DNA of 64,000 nucleotides from a virus (taxonomy: Duplodnaviria > Caudoviricetes): the IMG/VR virus record IMGVR_UViG_3300032373_000001. One strand, written 5' to 3'. Shown here in pieces: positions 27,796-36,494 of the stretch; positions within the stretch are counted from its first letter, which is position 1, and every line of letters begins with the position of its first letter. Made by a program: the position numbers and the translations under genes. The notes under the pieces were generated by a model. That model saw only the letters and a list, made by a program, of their open reading frames with translations, was not told the DNA's origin and did no database searches.

Positions 27796-28311
27796 TCAGT
27801 ACTTGGCGTTGCGGTAGTTGAGGCGGGACGGAGTCCGACTCGCCCCGGAGTCCGTCCCCTTCTGGAACATGAGGATGGGGAGGTCTTCCTGCCGGGCGAG
27901 TCGCTCCAGCTTCTCAAACCATCGGGCGAACTCAGGAATAGGCTCCTCCGCCCCTTCATCGTAGCCGTAGATGATGACGACATCACTGTCCGCAGCTTCG
28001 ATGGTACGGAGGACTTCCTCATGCCCCCCGTACCAGTAGCTGCCTCGAAGGATCTCGAGGCTGTGGGGGTAGTCGGGATAGTTGCTGAACGGGCTCAGAT
28101 CGTCCCCGCCGAACGCCAGGATGCTGTCGATCAGGGTCACGCCCCCCTTCTGGAGGAAGCGGTCCAGCATGGCAAAGACGGTCTCGCGTCCGTTGATGTT
28201 GCTGCCCTTCGGGATGAAGTGGAGGGATCCGTCATGGAAGCCCCCCTTGGGGTACTTGTCGGTCGCGAACGCCCGGTCGATGTAGGGCATCCCGGTGTAG
28301 ATGAAGCTCAA
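27796..28311 (-). CDS. Hypothetical protein, possibly degenerate RecA-fold
   Basis: TGMPYID...GGFHDGSLHFI; DSDVVIIYG; no GKT. Confidence 0.5.
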   Translation of the reverse strand: MSFIYTGMPYIDRAFATDKYPKGGFHDGSLHFIPKGSNINGRETVFAMLDRFLQKGGVTLIDSILAFGGDDLSPFSNYPDYPHSLEILRGSYWYGGHEEVLRTIEAADSDVVIIYGYDEGAEEPIPEFARWFEKLERLARQEDLPILMFQKGTDSGASRTPSRLNYRNAKY

Positions 28312-28340
28312 AAGATCCTCTCGAGGGGGTGTGGGAGTGC

Positions 28341-28769
28341 TTACCTATCCCCCAAACCCAGCTCTTTCGCGAGCCAATCCGGCCACGTCCAGTCGTCACT
28401 CATGCCCATGAACTCCTTGTGGGAGCACTGGCGGTTCCGCATCAGGCCCTTGTGGGGATCCCAGTCCTCGTACCTCACCAGCTTCTTGGTGACCTTGAAC
28501 GGGCGCACGTACCTGGGCACCCCCCACCGAACGTACACGAGGTCGTCATGAACCTCACGAGGGAATTTGTCTCGCTGGCGAGCCCGTGCCAATTCCCGCT
28601 GCACAGTCGCCAGCGCTTCTCGGTCGTCTCGCTGGCGCAGCTCCAAGGCGTGAAGGTGGGTGCGGGCTTCCGTGACCTCAGCCTTCAGGAGTCGGGCCTG
28701 CTCGACCCTCTCGCGGTGAAGCTCTGCGAGCGCAGCAAGGGTCTTGTATCGCGGTTTCTTATTCGGCAT
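28341..28769 (-). CDS. Coiled-coil hypothetical protein
   Basis: Heptad-rich N-half. Confidence 0.6.
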   Translation of the reverse strand: MPNKKPRYKTLAALAELHRERVEQARLLKAEVTEARTHLHALELRQRDDREALATVQRELARARQRDKFPREVHDDLVYVRWGVPRYVRPFKVTKKLVRYEDWDPHKGLMRNRQCSHKEFMGMSDDWTWPDWLAKELGLGDR

Positions 28770-29157
28770 GGAGCACCTTACCGCGTTGACGCCGGAGCAC
28801 TCGGAGGAGGTCGTCTTCCCCTCCCATGTCAAAGGGATTGCGGTCCAGGTCCAGCCCCTGGATGACCAGGTTGCCGTCCCGGATGAAACCCGCCAACGTA
28901 GCTCCGAGGATAGCAGCACGTTTGCGAGCCTCGACCAGCGAGAGACCCTCGGAAAAGCCGCAGACCGCTCCAATCCCCTCAAGTGTCGCCTGGACGCGAC
29001 ACTTGCCTCGCTGGGGTCCGGAGGTGCGCTGTTCGATCAGGATCACCCAAGTTTCCGCCCCTCTCCGGGAGGTGGGGGTCATGGTGTCGAACAAAACAGG
29101 GCGGTAGAGGTGAAGACGGTTGCGAACCACCCACTCAGGCTTGTTAGTAAGAGACAT
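28759..29157 (-). CDS. Hypothetical protein
   Basis: RBS AAGGGG. Confidence 0.6.
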   Translation of the reverse strand: MSLTNKPEWVVRNRLHLYRPVLFDTMTPTSRRGAETWVILIEQRTSGPQRGKCRVQATLEGIGAVCGFSEGLSLVEARKRAAILGATLAGFIRDGNLVIQGLDLDRNPFDMGGEDDLLRVLRRQRGKVLHAE

Positions 29158-29205
29158 GAGTCCCCTTACCCACTCCCAGAAGCAAGAAGACCCCCCAAGC
29201 GGGGG

Positions 29206-29394
29206 TCAGTTCTCGTAGGAGGGGGGTGCCCCGAACCAACCCGGACTCTGAAGAGCCAGCCATCCCAAGACCTCGGAGGGCAAGGACTCTCGCCCCACTC
29301 GGCTCAGAATGTAGATCCTCGCGAGCTTTCGCTCGGACGAGGAATCGAGGCTCAGGTTGCGGGTGCGGATCCACTCTCGGCCGGTGGAAGACAT
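29206..29394 (-). CDS. Small hypothetical protein
   Basis: Strong RBS GGAGGTG; AT-rich upstream region. Confidence 0.55.
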   Translation of the reverse strand: MSSTGREWIRTRNLSLDSSSERKLARIYILSRVGRESLPSEVLGWLALQSPGWFGAPPSYEN

Positions 29395-29451
29395 TTTTCA
29401 CCTCCCTGCCCACTAATTATCCGATAGTGTAGCGCGGCCAGTAAATTTAGG

Positions 29452-29712
29452 CTAATTGCGGCCCTTTTTGCGACGGGCGCCCTTGGCCTTCCGCCGCCGA
29501 TCGAGCACGGCTTCCCGGAGGTCCACCATTCTCTCGGTGACCTCCGTCGTCCTCTTGCGGAGACGGGTGCCGGGGTCTCCGGCCATCCCGCGCTCCACCT
29601 TGTCGGCATCCCTCATGCAGTCCTCCAGCAGCTCGATGGCAGCCCGGAGTTGGTGCTGGAGGTTTTCCCTCCTGCGAAGACGACGCAGCGTGGGGTGTGT
29701 GCCTTTGCTCAT
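29452..29712 (-). CDS. Small basic Hc1/histone-H1-like DNA-binding protein
   Basis: DADKVERGMAGDPGTRLRK resembles the GNKAAGTRARK family; Arg/Lys-rich ends. Confidence 0.55.
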   Translation of the reverse strand: MSKGTHPTLRRLRRRENLQHQLRAAIELLEDCMRDADKVERGMAGDPGTRLRKRTTEVTERMVDLREAVLDRRRKAKGARRKKGRN

Positions 29713-30497
29713 GAAGTCCCCCTCACCTGATGAAAGGCGTGCAGGAGGAGGTTCTCCGCTGAGTCTCGATGGCCCCGGTCCCAGTAGCTCAGGGCAGTCT
29801 GCTCGGTCAAGATCAGGTTGCTCAGGCTTTCCCGTTGTTGGCCCGGCAGGGGGATCTCCCCGTCGACCGAGTCGGGGCGGGTCGCTACATCTTCGGGTTC
29901 GGCCAAGGCGAAGGCAATCTCTGCGGACATCGTTGACCACCCTTCCCGACCCCCCGAGGCCTCTCGGAAGTCTTCCGAGAGGCTGGAGACCTGAGCCAAG
30001 AGCACTGCCTCACCCATCCCGAAGGATGGGGTCTGGGTCCGGGCTCCGCGAAGGATGGTCTGGAGGTCTTCCTGGATCTCGTCCCGGAACCGCGCCAGGT
30101 TCAGGTAGTGGTCAACCAGGGCATCACCACCCGTGACGGGGGAGTGCTTGTAGTAGGAGAGCCCCTGGAGATGTGGCCTCCAAGGCTTGGTCTGCTTGCC
30201 GACAGGACGACCCCGGAGAGAGATCAGGGCGCAGTGCCGCTCCTTCAAGGGCTCTCGGTAGTCAGGGTTCCCCTGACTCATGATGATGGCCTGGGATGCG
30301 CGCTGACCCTCGAACTGAGGGTGGAAGGTGCGGGTGCCAGGGTGCATCCGGGGGGGACGGTCGTGGTAGACCCAGATATTGCCGACCCCTCCCAGGAGGA
30401 ACCGGCCTCCGGAGAAGGATGCGCCGGTAAGGAGAGTCCCCGCGCCCAAGACACCGAAGCCCATCTTGAGGAAGTCCCGTCTGGTATTTATGGTCAT
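29709..30497 (-). CDS. Twin-arginine (Tat) signal-bearing protein
   Basis: TRRDFLKMGFGVLGAGTLL matches S/T-R-R-x-F-L-K. Confidence 0.7.
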   Translation of the reverse strand: MTINTRRDFLKMGFGVLGAGTLLTGASFSGGRFLLGGVGNIWVYHDRPPRMHPGTRTFHPQFEGQRASQAIIMSQGNPDYREPLKERHCALISLRGRPVGKQTKPWRPHLQGLSYYKHSPVTGGDALVDHYLNLARFRDEIQEDLQTILRGARTQTPSFGMGEAVLLAQVSSLSEDFREASGGREGWSTMSAEIAFALAEPEDVATRPDSVDGEIPLPGQQRESLSNLILTEQTALSYWDRGHRDSAENLLLHAFHQVRGTS

Positions 30498-30766
30498 GGG
30501 TTCTCCTCGACCAGCTCGTAGGTGGCGTGGAAGATTTCGGGCTTGCAGGGGTAGAACTCCCCCTGGATGCCCTTGATGATGAAGTCCCCCAGCCGGGCGT
30601 TCATGACACCCTCCAGGGTGGGGATATGGAGGAAAGCGGCTTCCCCGCCTCCCGTGGCCTTCCCCCAGGTCAAGGTACTGCCCTCGATCATGTCTCGGAG
30701 GGCCTCCTTGTTCTCCCAGGTCAGTTCCCAGGCGTCGATGACCACGGGTTTCTTCTTGTATCGCAT
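30494..30766 (-). CDS. Conserved small phage protein (YRKKPVVIEA...TLEG...GEFYPCKP family)
   Basis: MRYKKKPVVIDAW...IPTLEGVM...GDFIIKGIQGEFYPCKPEIF. Confidence 0.8.
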   Translation of the reverse strand: MRYKKKPVVIDAWELTWENKEALRDMIEGSTLTWGKATGGGEAAFLHIPTLEGVMNARLGDFIIKGIQGEFYPCKPEIFHATYELVEENP

Positions 30767-31107
30767 CAGTCCTCCTTCGAGTCCGCGAACAAGGGGATGA
30801 CGTTCCCTTGTTCGCCGTAGGGGATGGGCTGGACCCAGTAGCCCAACCTGCCTTCCCTCAAGCCTCGACGCTCGTCCAAGATTCGGGCGATGTTGAGAGC
30901 CTTCTCGGATTTCAAGACCCCAGGACTGAAGATCCAACCCTCGGGATCTTCCCGTGCGTCTTGAAATCCAAGCAGCTCGGTGCGTCCGTCGTCATGTTCC
31001 GCCACTGCCAGGGCCAGCCCCAGCGGGTGGAAGAAGAGGCGATTGGCCTCTTGCAAGTAGCCTTCAGCGACGAAATCTCGCAGGTCCATGTAGGGTGTCT
31101 TGGGCAA
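30766..31107 (-). CDS. Conserved phage hypothetical protein
   Basis: GYLQEANRLFFHPLGLAL pattern. Confidence 0.7.
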   Translation of the reverse strand: MPKTPYMDLRDFVAEGYLQEANRLFFHPLGLALAVAEHDDGRTELLGFQDAREDPEGWIFSPGVLKSEKALNIARILDERRGLREGRLGYWVQPIPYGEQGNVIPLFADSKED

Positions 31108-31137
31108 CAGGGCCTCCCGTTTACCCGCACCCTACCC

Positions 31138-31857
31138 TCAAACGCGGAGTTCCCTTTTCAAATCTACCAGGAGCTGATGCCGGTCGCCGGACCAGACCCT
31201 CCGAGGTAGGCCATAGAGGACCTCTTGGCCCCAGAAGTGCTTGCGGTGCTGTGCCAGCACGCTGAGGGCATCGGCATAGGCCAGGGCTGCCTCGTCCGAG
31301 GGGGCCTTGAGGCAGAGGTCCCTGAGCTGATGGTGTTGGTGCTGGAGTGCCTCCGTGAACGCGAGGGAGGGGTCTTGAAGGATGCCCCAGGCGATGTCCG
31401 GGTCTGCGAAGATGCTCGCCAGCCTCCGAAGGTCGTGGTGCTCCCCCTCACCCAGGCTGCCTGCTAAAGCCTGGGAGTGGGCTGTGTTCCAACCCGAGGA
31501 GTCCTTCAAGAAATCGGGCAACCCCCACTCCCCCGCTGGGAGGTTCCCGTGGTCTAAGAGCCCCCGGTACGCCCAACAATGAAGGGACTGGAAGAAGTTC
31601 TCATAGTCCCGCTGCGGGTTTTGGAACTGCTCTCTCGGGAGGTGTCGTTCCATGTGAAGATAGACCCACACCCGGATTTCTTGGTCGGTGAGGTAGGGGG
31701 CGATGGGGGCTGTACCCCACACCTCACGAAGGTCACTGACCCGAAGTCCGGAAACGTGCAGGAGCTCCTGCCCTTGCTCGAATTGCGCCGGGTCGCAGGA
31801 TTGGAGCAACTCCGCCAAGCGGCGGAGACCTTCCGGGTCAACCGCAGTACTGTTCAC
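31138..31857 (-). CDS. Hypothetical protein (recurrent module)
   Basis: LLQSCDPAQFEQGQELL. Confidence 0.6.
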   Translation of the reverse strand: MNSTAVDPEGLRRLAELLQSCDPAQFEQGQELLHVSGLRVSDLREVWGTAPIAPYLTDQEIRVWVYLHMERHLPREQFQNPQRDYENFFQSLHCWAYRGLLDHGNLPAGEWGLPDFLKDSSGWNTAHSQALAGSLGEGEHHDLRRLASIFADPDIAWGILQDPSLAFTEALQHQHHQLRDLCLKAPSDEAALAYADALSVLAQHRKHFWGQEVLYGLPRRVWSGDRHQLLVDLKRELRV

Positions 31858-32174
31858 ACCTCTGCGCCCATGCCCAGCGCCTTCATGGCTGCCTGGATCT
31901 CGGCCTTCTGGGGGCCGGAAGCCGCGAAGACGACTACGGGCAGGCGGGTCTCCCCCCCGGTCGCCAACTCGAAGTCGTGGAGGCTGACCTTGGCTCCGGC
32001 CATCACCAGCTGGGCATTCAGGGTAGGGAGCAGCCGCAGCTTCGCATAGCCGTAGACCACGGCAGTAGCCACTGCCGTGTCGTCGGGCAGGTTGTTCTGA
32101 GTGCGGTGATCCATGCTGGCGAGGTAGTGGGTGCGCTGGATCATCTCCCCGGCAACAGTCAGGTTCTCTTCCAC
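31854..32174 (-). CDS. Hypothetical protein
   Basis: Start uncertain. Confidence 0.5.
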   Translation of the reverse strand: MEENLTVAGEMIQRTHYLASMDHRTQNNLPDDTAVATAVVYGYAKLRLLPTLNAQLVMAGAKVSLHDFELATGGETRLPVVVFAASGPQKAEIQAAMKALGMGAEV

Positions 32175-32225
32175 CTCACGCCCCCGAGTCGAAGGAGAAC
32201 ACAGGGATCTGGATGTCGCGGTCAC

Positions 32226-32444
32226 TCATGCCACGTAGTCCTCGGGGTCGTAGGGGTTAGGGGGACTGAGGCGTCGGGCCTCGGCCAGCTGCAGGGCGAT
32301 CAGCTCTCGAAGCCCCTTGATGCTGTTTTCCAGCTTCTCGATGGAGTGTATCAGCTGGTGAGCTTTTACACGGTGCGGCAAGCCTGGGTGGTGGCCTGAG
32401 ATCTCCTCCCCGCAGTCCGGGCAGACGTAGAATCCGATGTCCAT
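32226..32444 (-). CDS. Small Zn-finger/coiled-coil protein
   Basis: CPDCG...HH...H. Confidence 0.6.
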   Translation of the reverse strand: MDIGFYVCPDCGEEISGHHPGLPHRVKAHQLIHSIEKLENSIKGLRELIALQLAEARRLSPPNPYDPEDYVA

Positions 32445-32448
32445 CGTG

Positions 32449-32769
32449 TTACTCCTGGGCCTTGAGGACCTTGTCGCACATCTTACGCCCCACTTCAGTC
32501 AGAGTGGTCTCGGCCGAGAAGGTGCCAGAGGAAATAGCCTTCCACTTTTCGCAGACCCTCTTCGAGAGGGCCTCGTCAAGGGTTTCGTTCCCGTTTACAA
32601 GATAGGTCCGGACGACGGGTCTACCGGGTTCGATGCGCTCCAATTTGCCCTGAAGCTGAGACGCCACCCCTATCGGATCATCTCCCGACAGGATGATGGT
32701 GTCGGCCCCCAGACACTTTTCGATGTTGGGGGCGTTTTTGGATGCGGCGTCCTTGGGTCCTTGACTCAT
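32449..32769 (-). CDS. Hypothetical protein
   Basis: 106-aa ORF. Confidence 0.6.
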   Translation of the reverse strand: MSQGPKDAASKNAPNIEKCLGADTIILSGDDPIGVASQLQGKLERIEPGRPVVRTYLVNGNETLDEALSKRVCEKWKAISSGTFSAETTLTEVGRKMCDKVLKAQE

Positions 32770-32784
32770 GGGAGAGTTTACCGT

Positions 32785-33207
32785 TCACTCCCCCAGGTCG
32801 TCCCCCTCACGCACCAGCTCTGTTGCCCCAAAGTGGCGGGCGAGGTTGTTCGCCAGGGCTCGGACGTGACGAACCAGCATCACCGCTTCATAGTGAGTCT
32901 GGGGCGGGCGCAGCCCCTCCCCAGGAAGGCCCCGTCGCATGGCCTCCAGGTCCCGGACGGCAGCGTCGAAGGCATAGCTCGTCGGACCCCACACTGCCTC
33001 CACGTAGGCGACGGGATCCGTCTCCCAGTCTCGGTCGTTGCGGAGACGCTTGTCGTCGAAGTGGGAGAGCTTCTCTTCGACCGGCTGGAGGGCCTCCTGT
33101 AAGGCGTCGAGGGCCTCTTGGCTGACAGCAACCTCACCCCGGCCAGGGATGGGCCGAGACTGGGCCAGAAGGGCTTCCAGGAGCTTCTGTAGGGGGCTCG
33201 GGGTCAA
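32785..33207 (-). CDS. Hypothetical protein
   Basis: RBS GAGGAG, TTG start. Confidence 0.6.
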   Translation of the reverse strand: MTPSPLQKLLEALLAQSRPIPGRGEVAVSQEALDALQEALQPVEEKLSHFDDKRLRNDRDWETDPVAYVEAVWGPTSYAFDAAVRDLEAMRRGLPGEGLRPPQTHYEAVMLVRHVRALANNLARHFGATELVREGDDLGE

Positions 33208-33210
33208 GGG

Positions 33211-33573
33211 CTACTCCTCATCTCCTCGATAGAGCTCCAACCTTCGGATCGCCTTGTAATTGACGAAGCCATAGCTCACCCACACCCCACGGGAATCCGG
33301 CCCTCGCTCCAGGAACGTCAGGAGGCCGGGCTCCTGCCCTGGAGCCGCATCCTGAGCATGGGCTCCCTCCGGACCGTTCAGGCCAAGGACCCAGAAGCGA
33401 TAGGTCTTGCCGTCGACGAAACTGACCCCGACCTCTTGGCCTGCTGTGAGGTCCTGATCTGCACTGAGGGGGTTGCCCTCCGCATCCAAGCAGCCAAAGC
33501 CGCTGTGCTCGGTGACGGTGAACTCGACGGAATCCCGGAACTTCTCAATCTTCTCTCGGGAGGGGGTCTTCAC
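33211..33573 (-). CDS. Hypothetical protein
   Basis: GTGA coupling. Confidence 0.55.
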   Translation of the reverse strand: MKTPSREKIEKFRDSVEFTVTEHSGFGCLDAEGNPLSADQDLTAGQEVGVSFVDGKTYRFWVLGLNGPEGAHAQDAAPGQEPGLLTFLERGPDSRGVWVSYGFVNYKAIRRLELYRGDEE

Positions 33574-34145
33574 TTCTTCTCCAGCTTTCGGACGTCGTTC
33601 GCCCTTACCTGAGCTTCGCCCATGCGAAGCCGAATGAGGTGATCCCTCTTGTCTGCGGAGAGCCTGTTGTTGCCGAACAGGGTCATGTCCCCGGTGTCCT
33701 TGTCCTGCCACCGAGAAGTCAGCCCCGTGGCCCCCGGCTTGAACATGCGGACCAGCTTGGGGTTCATGTGCTTCACGGCGATGTCCCAGATGAACATGAG
33801 GTGGGTCCCTGCCGAGATCAGCAGCGGTTTGCCTCCGTACACGGCGCTTTCAGCCTTGCGGAAGAGCGTGATGCCGGAATGGTGCCTCAGCTCCATGTCC
33901 AAGAACCGAACCGGCACTGGAGGATCCGGCGGCACAGGCCGGTTGAAGGTGATGTCCACTGGCACCTGAACCCGAAGGTCACCGAAGGTCACCTTCGGGG
34001 AATGGACGATGCCCCACCCGTGGAGGATGAGGTCGTATGCCCGACTCTCTACGATCCGCGCCAAGACCTCTTGCTCGTCCGGGCTCATCGGGGTGTAAAG
34101 GGAGTTGGCGTTACCGCCGCCAAACATGTTCTTGTCGTCAGCCAA
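33570..34145 (-). CDS. Hypothetical protein
   Basis: RBS AGGAG, TTG start. Confidence 0.65.
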   Translation of the reverse strand: MADDKNMFGGGNANSLYTPMSPDEQEVLARIVESRAYDLILHGWGIVHSPKVTFGDLRVQVPVDITFNRPVPPDPPVPVRFLDMELRHHSGITLFRKAESAVYGGKPLLISAGTHLMFIWDIAVKHMNPKLVRMFKPGATGLTSRWQDKDTGDMTLFGNNRLSADKRDHLIRLRMGEAQVRANDVRKLEKK

Positions 34146-34154
34146 GAAGGGCTC

Positions 34155-34571
34155 CTATTCGAGGGGTCGCACCCAAAGGGCTCTGGGCTTACCGCGCGTG
34201 GTGCCCATGTAGAACTCTACCGGCTGACCAGCCAGCGGCACCCAACTACGCCGACACTCTGCTCGGTGGAAGAAGACCGGATCTGCGCAGTAGTCCAAGA
34301 ACCCCCACCCTCGCGCGGGGTCGAAGCGAGTCACCTCCCCCTGTAGCAGAGGAGGTTCTACGCTGCGGGTCACTTCCAACGCAGCAGGGCGACGACCCCC
34401 ACCCTCTTTGATCCGACCCAGGGTGACGGTTTCCCCCAAGATCGGAAGCGGGCCTCCGGGCCGAACCCTTCGGAAGGCTTCCGCATGAAAGAAGACCTCC
34501 TCAGTGGGGTCGTCTTCCTTCGCGCAGAACCCGAAGCCTTCGGCCGGGTTGTATGCGGATACCCGCCACAT
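34155..34571 (-). CDS. Tandem cold-shock-domain protein
   Basis: Two CSDs: YNPAEGFGFC...VFFH and FDPARGWGFL...VFFH (RNP1/RNP2). Confidence 0.85.
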   Translation of the reverse strand: MWRVSAYNPAEGFGFCAKEDDPTEEVFFHAEAFRRVRPGGPLPILGETVTLGRIKEGGGRRPAALEVTRSVEPPLLQGEVTRFDPARGWGFLDYCADPVFFHRAECRRSWVPLAGQPVEFYMGTTRGKPRALWVRPLE

Positions 34572-34574
34572 GGC

Positions 34575-35144
34575 TCACTCCGCTTCGGCGAGCAGCCCTT
34601 GGCGATCCGCAATGCGGGACTTGGCCCCCTTGCGGTTCTTGTTGCCTTCCTCCGCCTTCAGGAGCGCGTCAAGGTGAGCATCCCACTCACCTGCCTCCAG
34701 AGCCTGCTCCAGAGCCTTGATGCCGCCGTCCAGAACGCTGAAGTCCAGCTCTGCCTCGGAGGCGGAGCTGGGGTCGGGGGCGTCCGCACCAACTTCAGGT
34801 GCGTCGGGGTCTTCTTCGGTGCTGGGCTCTTCGACGGGCTCTGGCTCGACGAAGTTGGCGGCTTCATCAATGGCGAGGAGGTCTTCGGGCTGACCTCGGA
34901 GGGCATCTTCGCCGTCGGCTTCCGGTGCAGGCTCTGGCTCAGGGGTCGCTTCAACGACCGCTTCAGCGACCGGAGTCGGGTCGGGTTGCGGCGTCGAGAC
35001 TGGCGGGGTCGACGGCTCAGGGACTTCGGGGGCTGCACTGGGGGGCTGCTCCTTCTTGGCGCGGTCGAGGGCCTTCGCATCCGGGCGAACACGGCGAATC
35101 TTGCGCCGAGACGCTCCTCGACCATTGATGAACGGGTGAGGCAT
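34575..35144 (-). CDS. Acidic Pro/Glu-rich protein with C-terminal helical (HeH/LEM-like) domain
   Basis: Disordered PE-rich linker; LDALLKAEEGNKNRKG. Confidence 0.6.
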   Translation of the reverse strand: MPHPFINGRGASRRKIRRVRPDAKALDRAKKEQPPSAAPEVPEPSTPPVSTPQPDPTPVAEAVVEATPEPEPAPEADGEDALRGQPEDLLAIDEAANFVEPEPVEEPSTEEDPDAPEVGADAPDPSSASEAELDFSVLDGGIKALEQALEAGEWDAHLDALLKAEEGNKNRKGAKSRIADRQGLLAEAE

Positions 35145-35156
35145 TTTGGTCTCCTG

Positions 35157-35525
35157 TCAGGATCGAATGGCTCGGGGCAATCGTACCCGCACTCCAGCAG
35201 TCACCTGCTTCTTTTGTACGGCGTCTACGAAAGCCTGGTCCGATGTTAGGAGGGCCGTGCGCCGAGGATTCAGCGCAATCAGATCGGCGAGTCGCAGCTG
35301 ACTAATCGGGTCCAGGTCCGGAAAGATCCTGCAAAAGTCGGCCCTGGCAGCAGGGCTGCGCTCGATCCCGTTCAGGATGAACTCATCCTGAAGTAGGGCC
35401 GGCAGGTCTGGGTCCTTGACGACGACAAGCCGACCATCAGGGAGCTCTTCCGCTGTGTTGGGGCCCCCCACCAAGCCGTTGCGGTCTTGGTTGAAAGTCC
35501 AGTACCCGTAAAGCAACGTCGACAT
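35157..35525 (-). CDS. Hypothetical protein
   Basis: RBS GGAGG lies in a hairpin. Confidence 0.65.
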   Translation of the reverse strand: MSTLLYGYWTFNQDRNGLVGGPNTAEELPDGRLVVVKDPDLPALLQDEFILNGIERSPAARADFCRIFPDLDPISQLRLADLIALNPRRTALLTSDQAFVDAVQKKQVTAGVRVRLPRAIRS

Positions 35526-35530
35526 CCGAG

Positions 35531-35562
35531 GGCTTCCTCCGCAGGAGTTGCGGAGAATAGCC
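35531..35562 (-). promoter_or_regulatory. RBS-sequestering hairpin
   Basis: GGCTATTCTCCGCA-actcc-TGCGGAGGAAGCC (7-bp core plus bulged extension). Confidence 0.55.
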
Positions 35563-35564
35563 TC

Positions 35565-36170
35565 CTAAACGCAGTCGGGGCACACCCATCGGGTGTAGCT
35601 GGTTGACCAGACCACCCGCACTCCCCTCTGGAACGGGGTTCCGCACTGACCGCACTGACCCCAGAGGTCTTGGTAGGGCTTCCACGCTGCCCCCTCATAA
35701 GGGATCGGAAGCTGTGAGGGCTCCCCGCCCACGTCAAAGACTGGGAACGAGTCCCACTCCTTGGGCAAGGGCTCCGACACCACCATGGTGTAGCCTCGGC
35801 GGGGATCATGGACCCACAAGGGGGCACCCACGCCTCGCTTGAGCTGCTTTTGGATCTGATCCTTGAACAAGACCACGAGGTTGGCTGGGGTGTGGATGGA
35901 AACCGACTCCAAGGGGCTGTATCGGAGCTGAAAGTTGGCCTCGGCGGGTTCCAGCTCCAACCAAACCCCCATCCACTGAACACGACGCTTCTTGATGCAG
36001 AGGCTGAACGTAGACTCGCCCCAGCGGACCGGGGAGGTGTGGAAGTGCCCCGAGACCCCCTCCCAAGGACTGCCTGGGAACAGCAGCTCCATGATTCCCG
36101 AGGCTGCTTGGTCGGGGGCCTGCGCCAAGAGGGAGCCCAAGTCCGTGCCCTTGAATGGGTTGATTGCCAT
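35565..36170 (-). CDS. Hypothetical protein with C-terminal Zn ribbon
   Basis: CGQCG...CPDC. Confidence 0.65.
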   Translation of the reverse strand: MAINPFKGTDLGSLLAQAPDQAASGIMELLFPGSPWEGVSGHFHTSPVRWGESTFSLCIKKRRVQWMGVWLELEPAEANFQLRYSPLESVSIHTPANLVVLFKDQIQKQLKRGVGAPLWVHDPRRGYTMVVSEPLPKEWDSFPVFDVGGEPSQLPIPYEGAAWKPYQDLWGQCGQCGTPFQRGVRVVWSTSYTRWVCPDCV

Positions 36171-36195
36171 GCCCGATATTACTGTTCCCCAAATC

Positions 36196-36230
36196 AAAAA
36201 AGCCCCTCCCAGTCATGGGAGGGGCTTTTT
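36196..36230. terminator. Bidirectional intrinsic terminator
   Basis: AAAAAGCCCCTCCCA-gtca-TGGGAGGGGCTTTTT with A/T tracts on both sides. Confidence 0.85.
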
Positions 36231-36241
36231 AGGGGGGTCTC

Positions 36242-36439
36242 TCAGCCGAGGCCGTTGCTCCGGCTGAACAGGCGACCGTCACCGCCAGTCGGGGGGACGC
36301 ACATGTTGGGCTTGACTCCGGAGGTCGAGCTGGCATTGGCGACGTTCACGCGGGCCGCAACCTTGCCCGCCTTGCGGGAGTTGAGGCGGCTGATGGGAGG
36401 AGAGGGCTGGTACTCAGAGGTCGAGGAGCGAGTGGGCAT
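36242..36439 (-). CDS. Small basic Ser/Gly-rich protein
   Basis: RBS AGGAGAACCCCC-ATG; own terminator. Confidence 0.65.
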   Translation of the reverse strand: MPTRSSTSEYQPSPPISRLNSRKAGKVAARVNVANASSTSGVKPNMCVPPTGGDGRLFSRSNGLG

Positions 36440-36494
36440 GGGGGTTCTCCTGTAGGGGCCTTACGACCCCTCGGAGGATAGCTCCACTACCGGA

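Noticed and set aside
29144-29413. 89-aa ORF as a gene
   Set aside because: The overlapping frame 29206-29394 has the strong GGAGGTG RBS and is preferred.
1113-36465. CGTAA at 1113 and 36461 as members of the promoter class
   Set aside because: No upstream element; both read as GNRA (GTAA) tetraloop hairpins.
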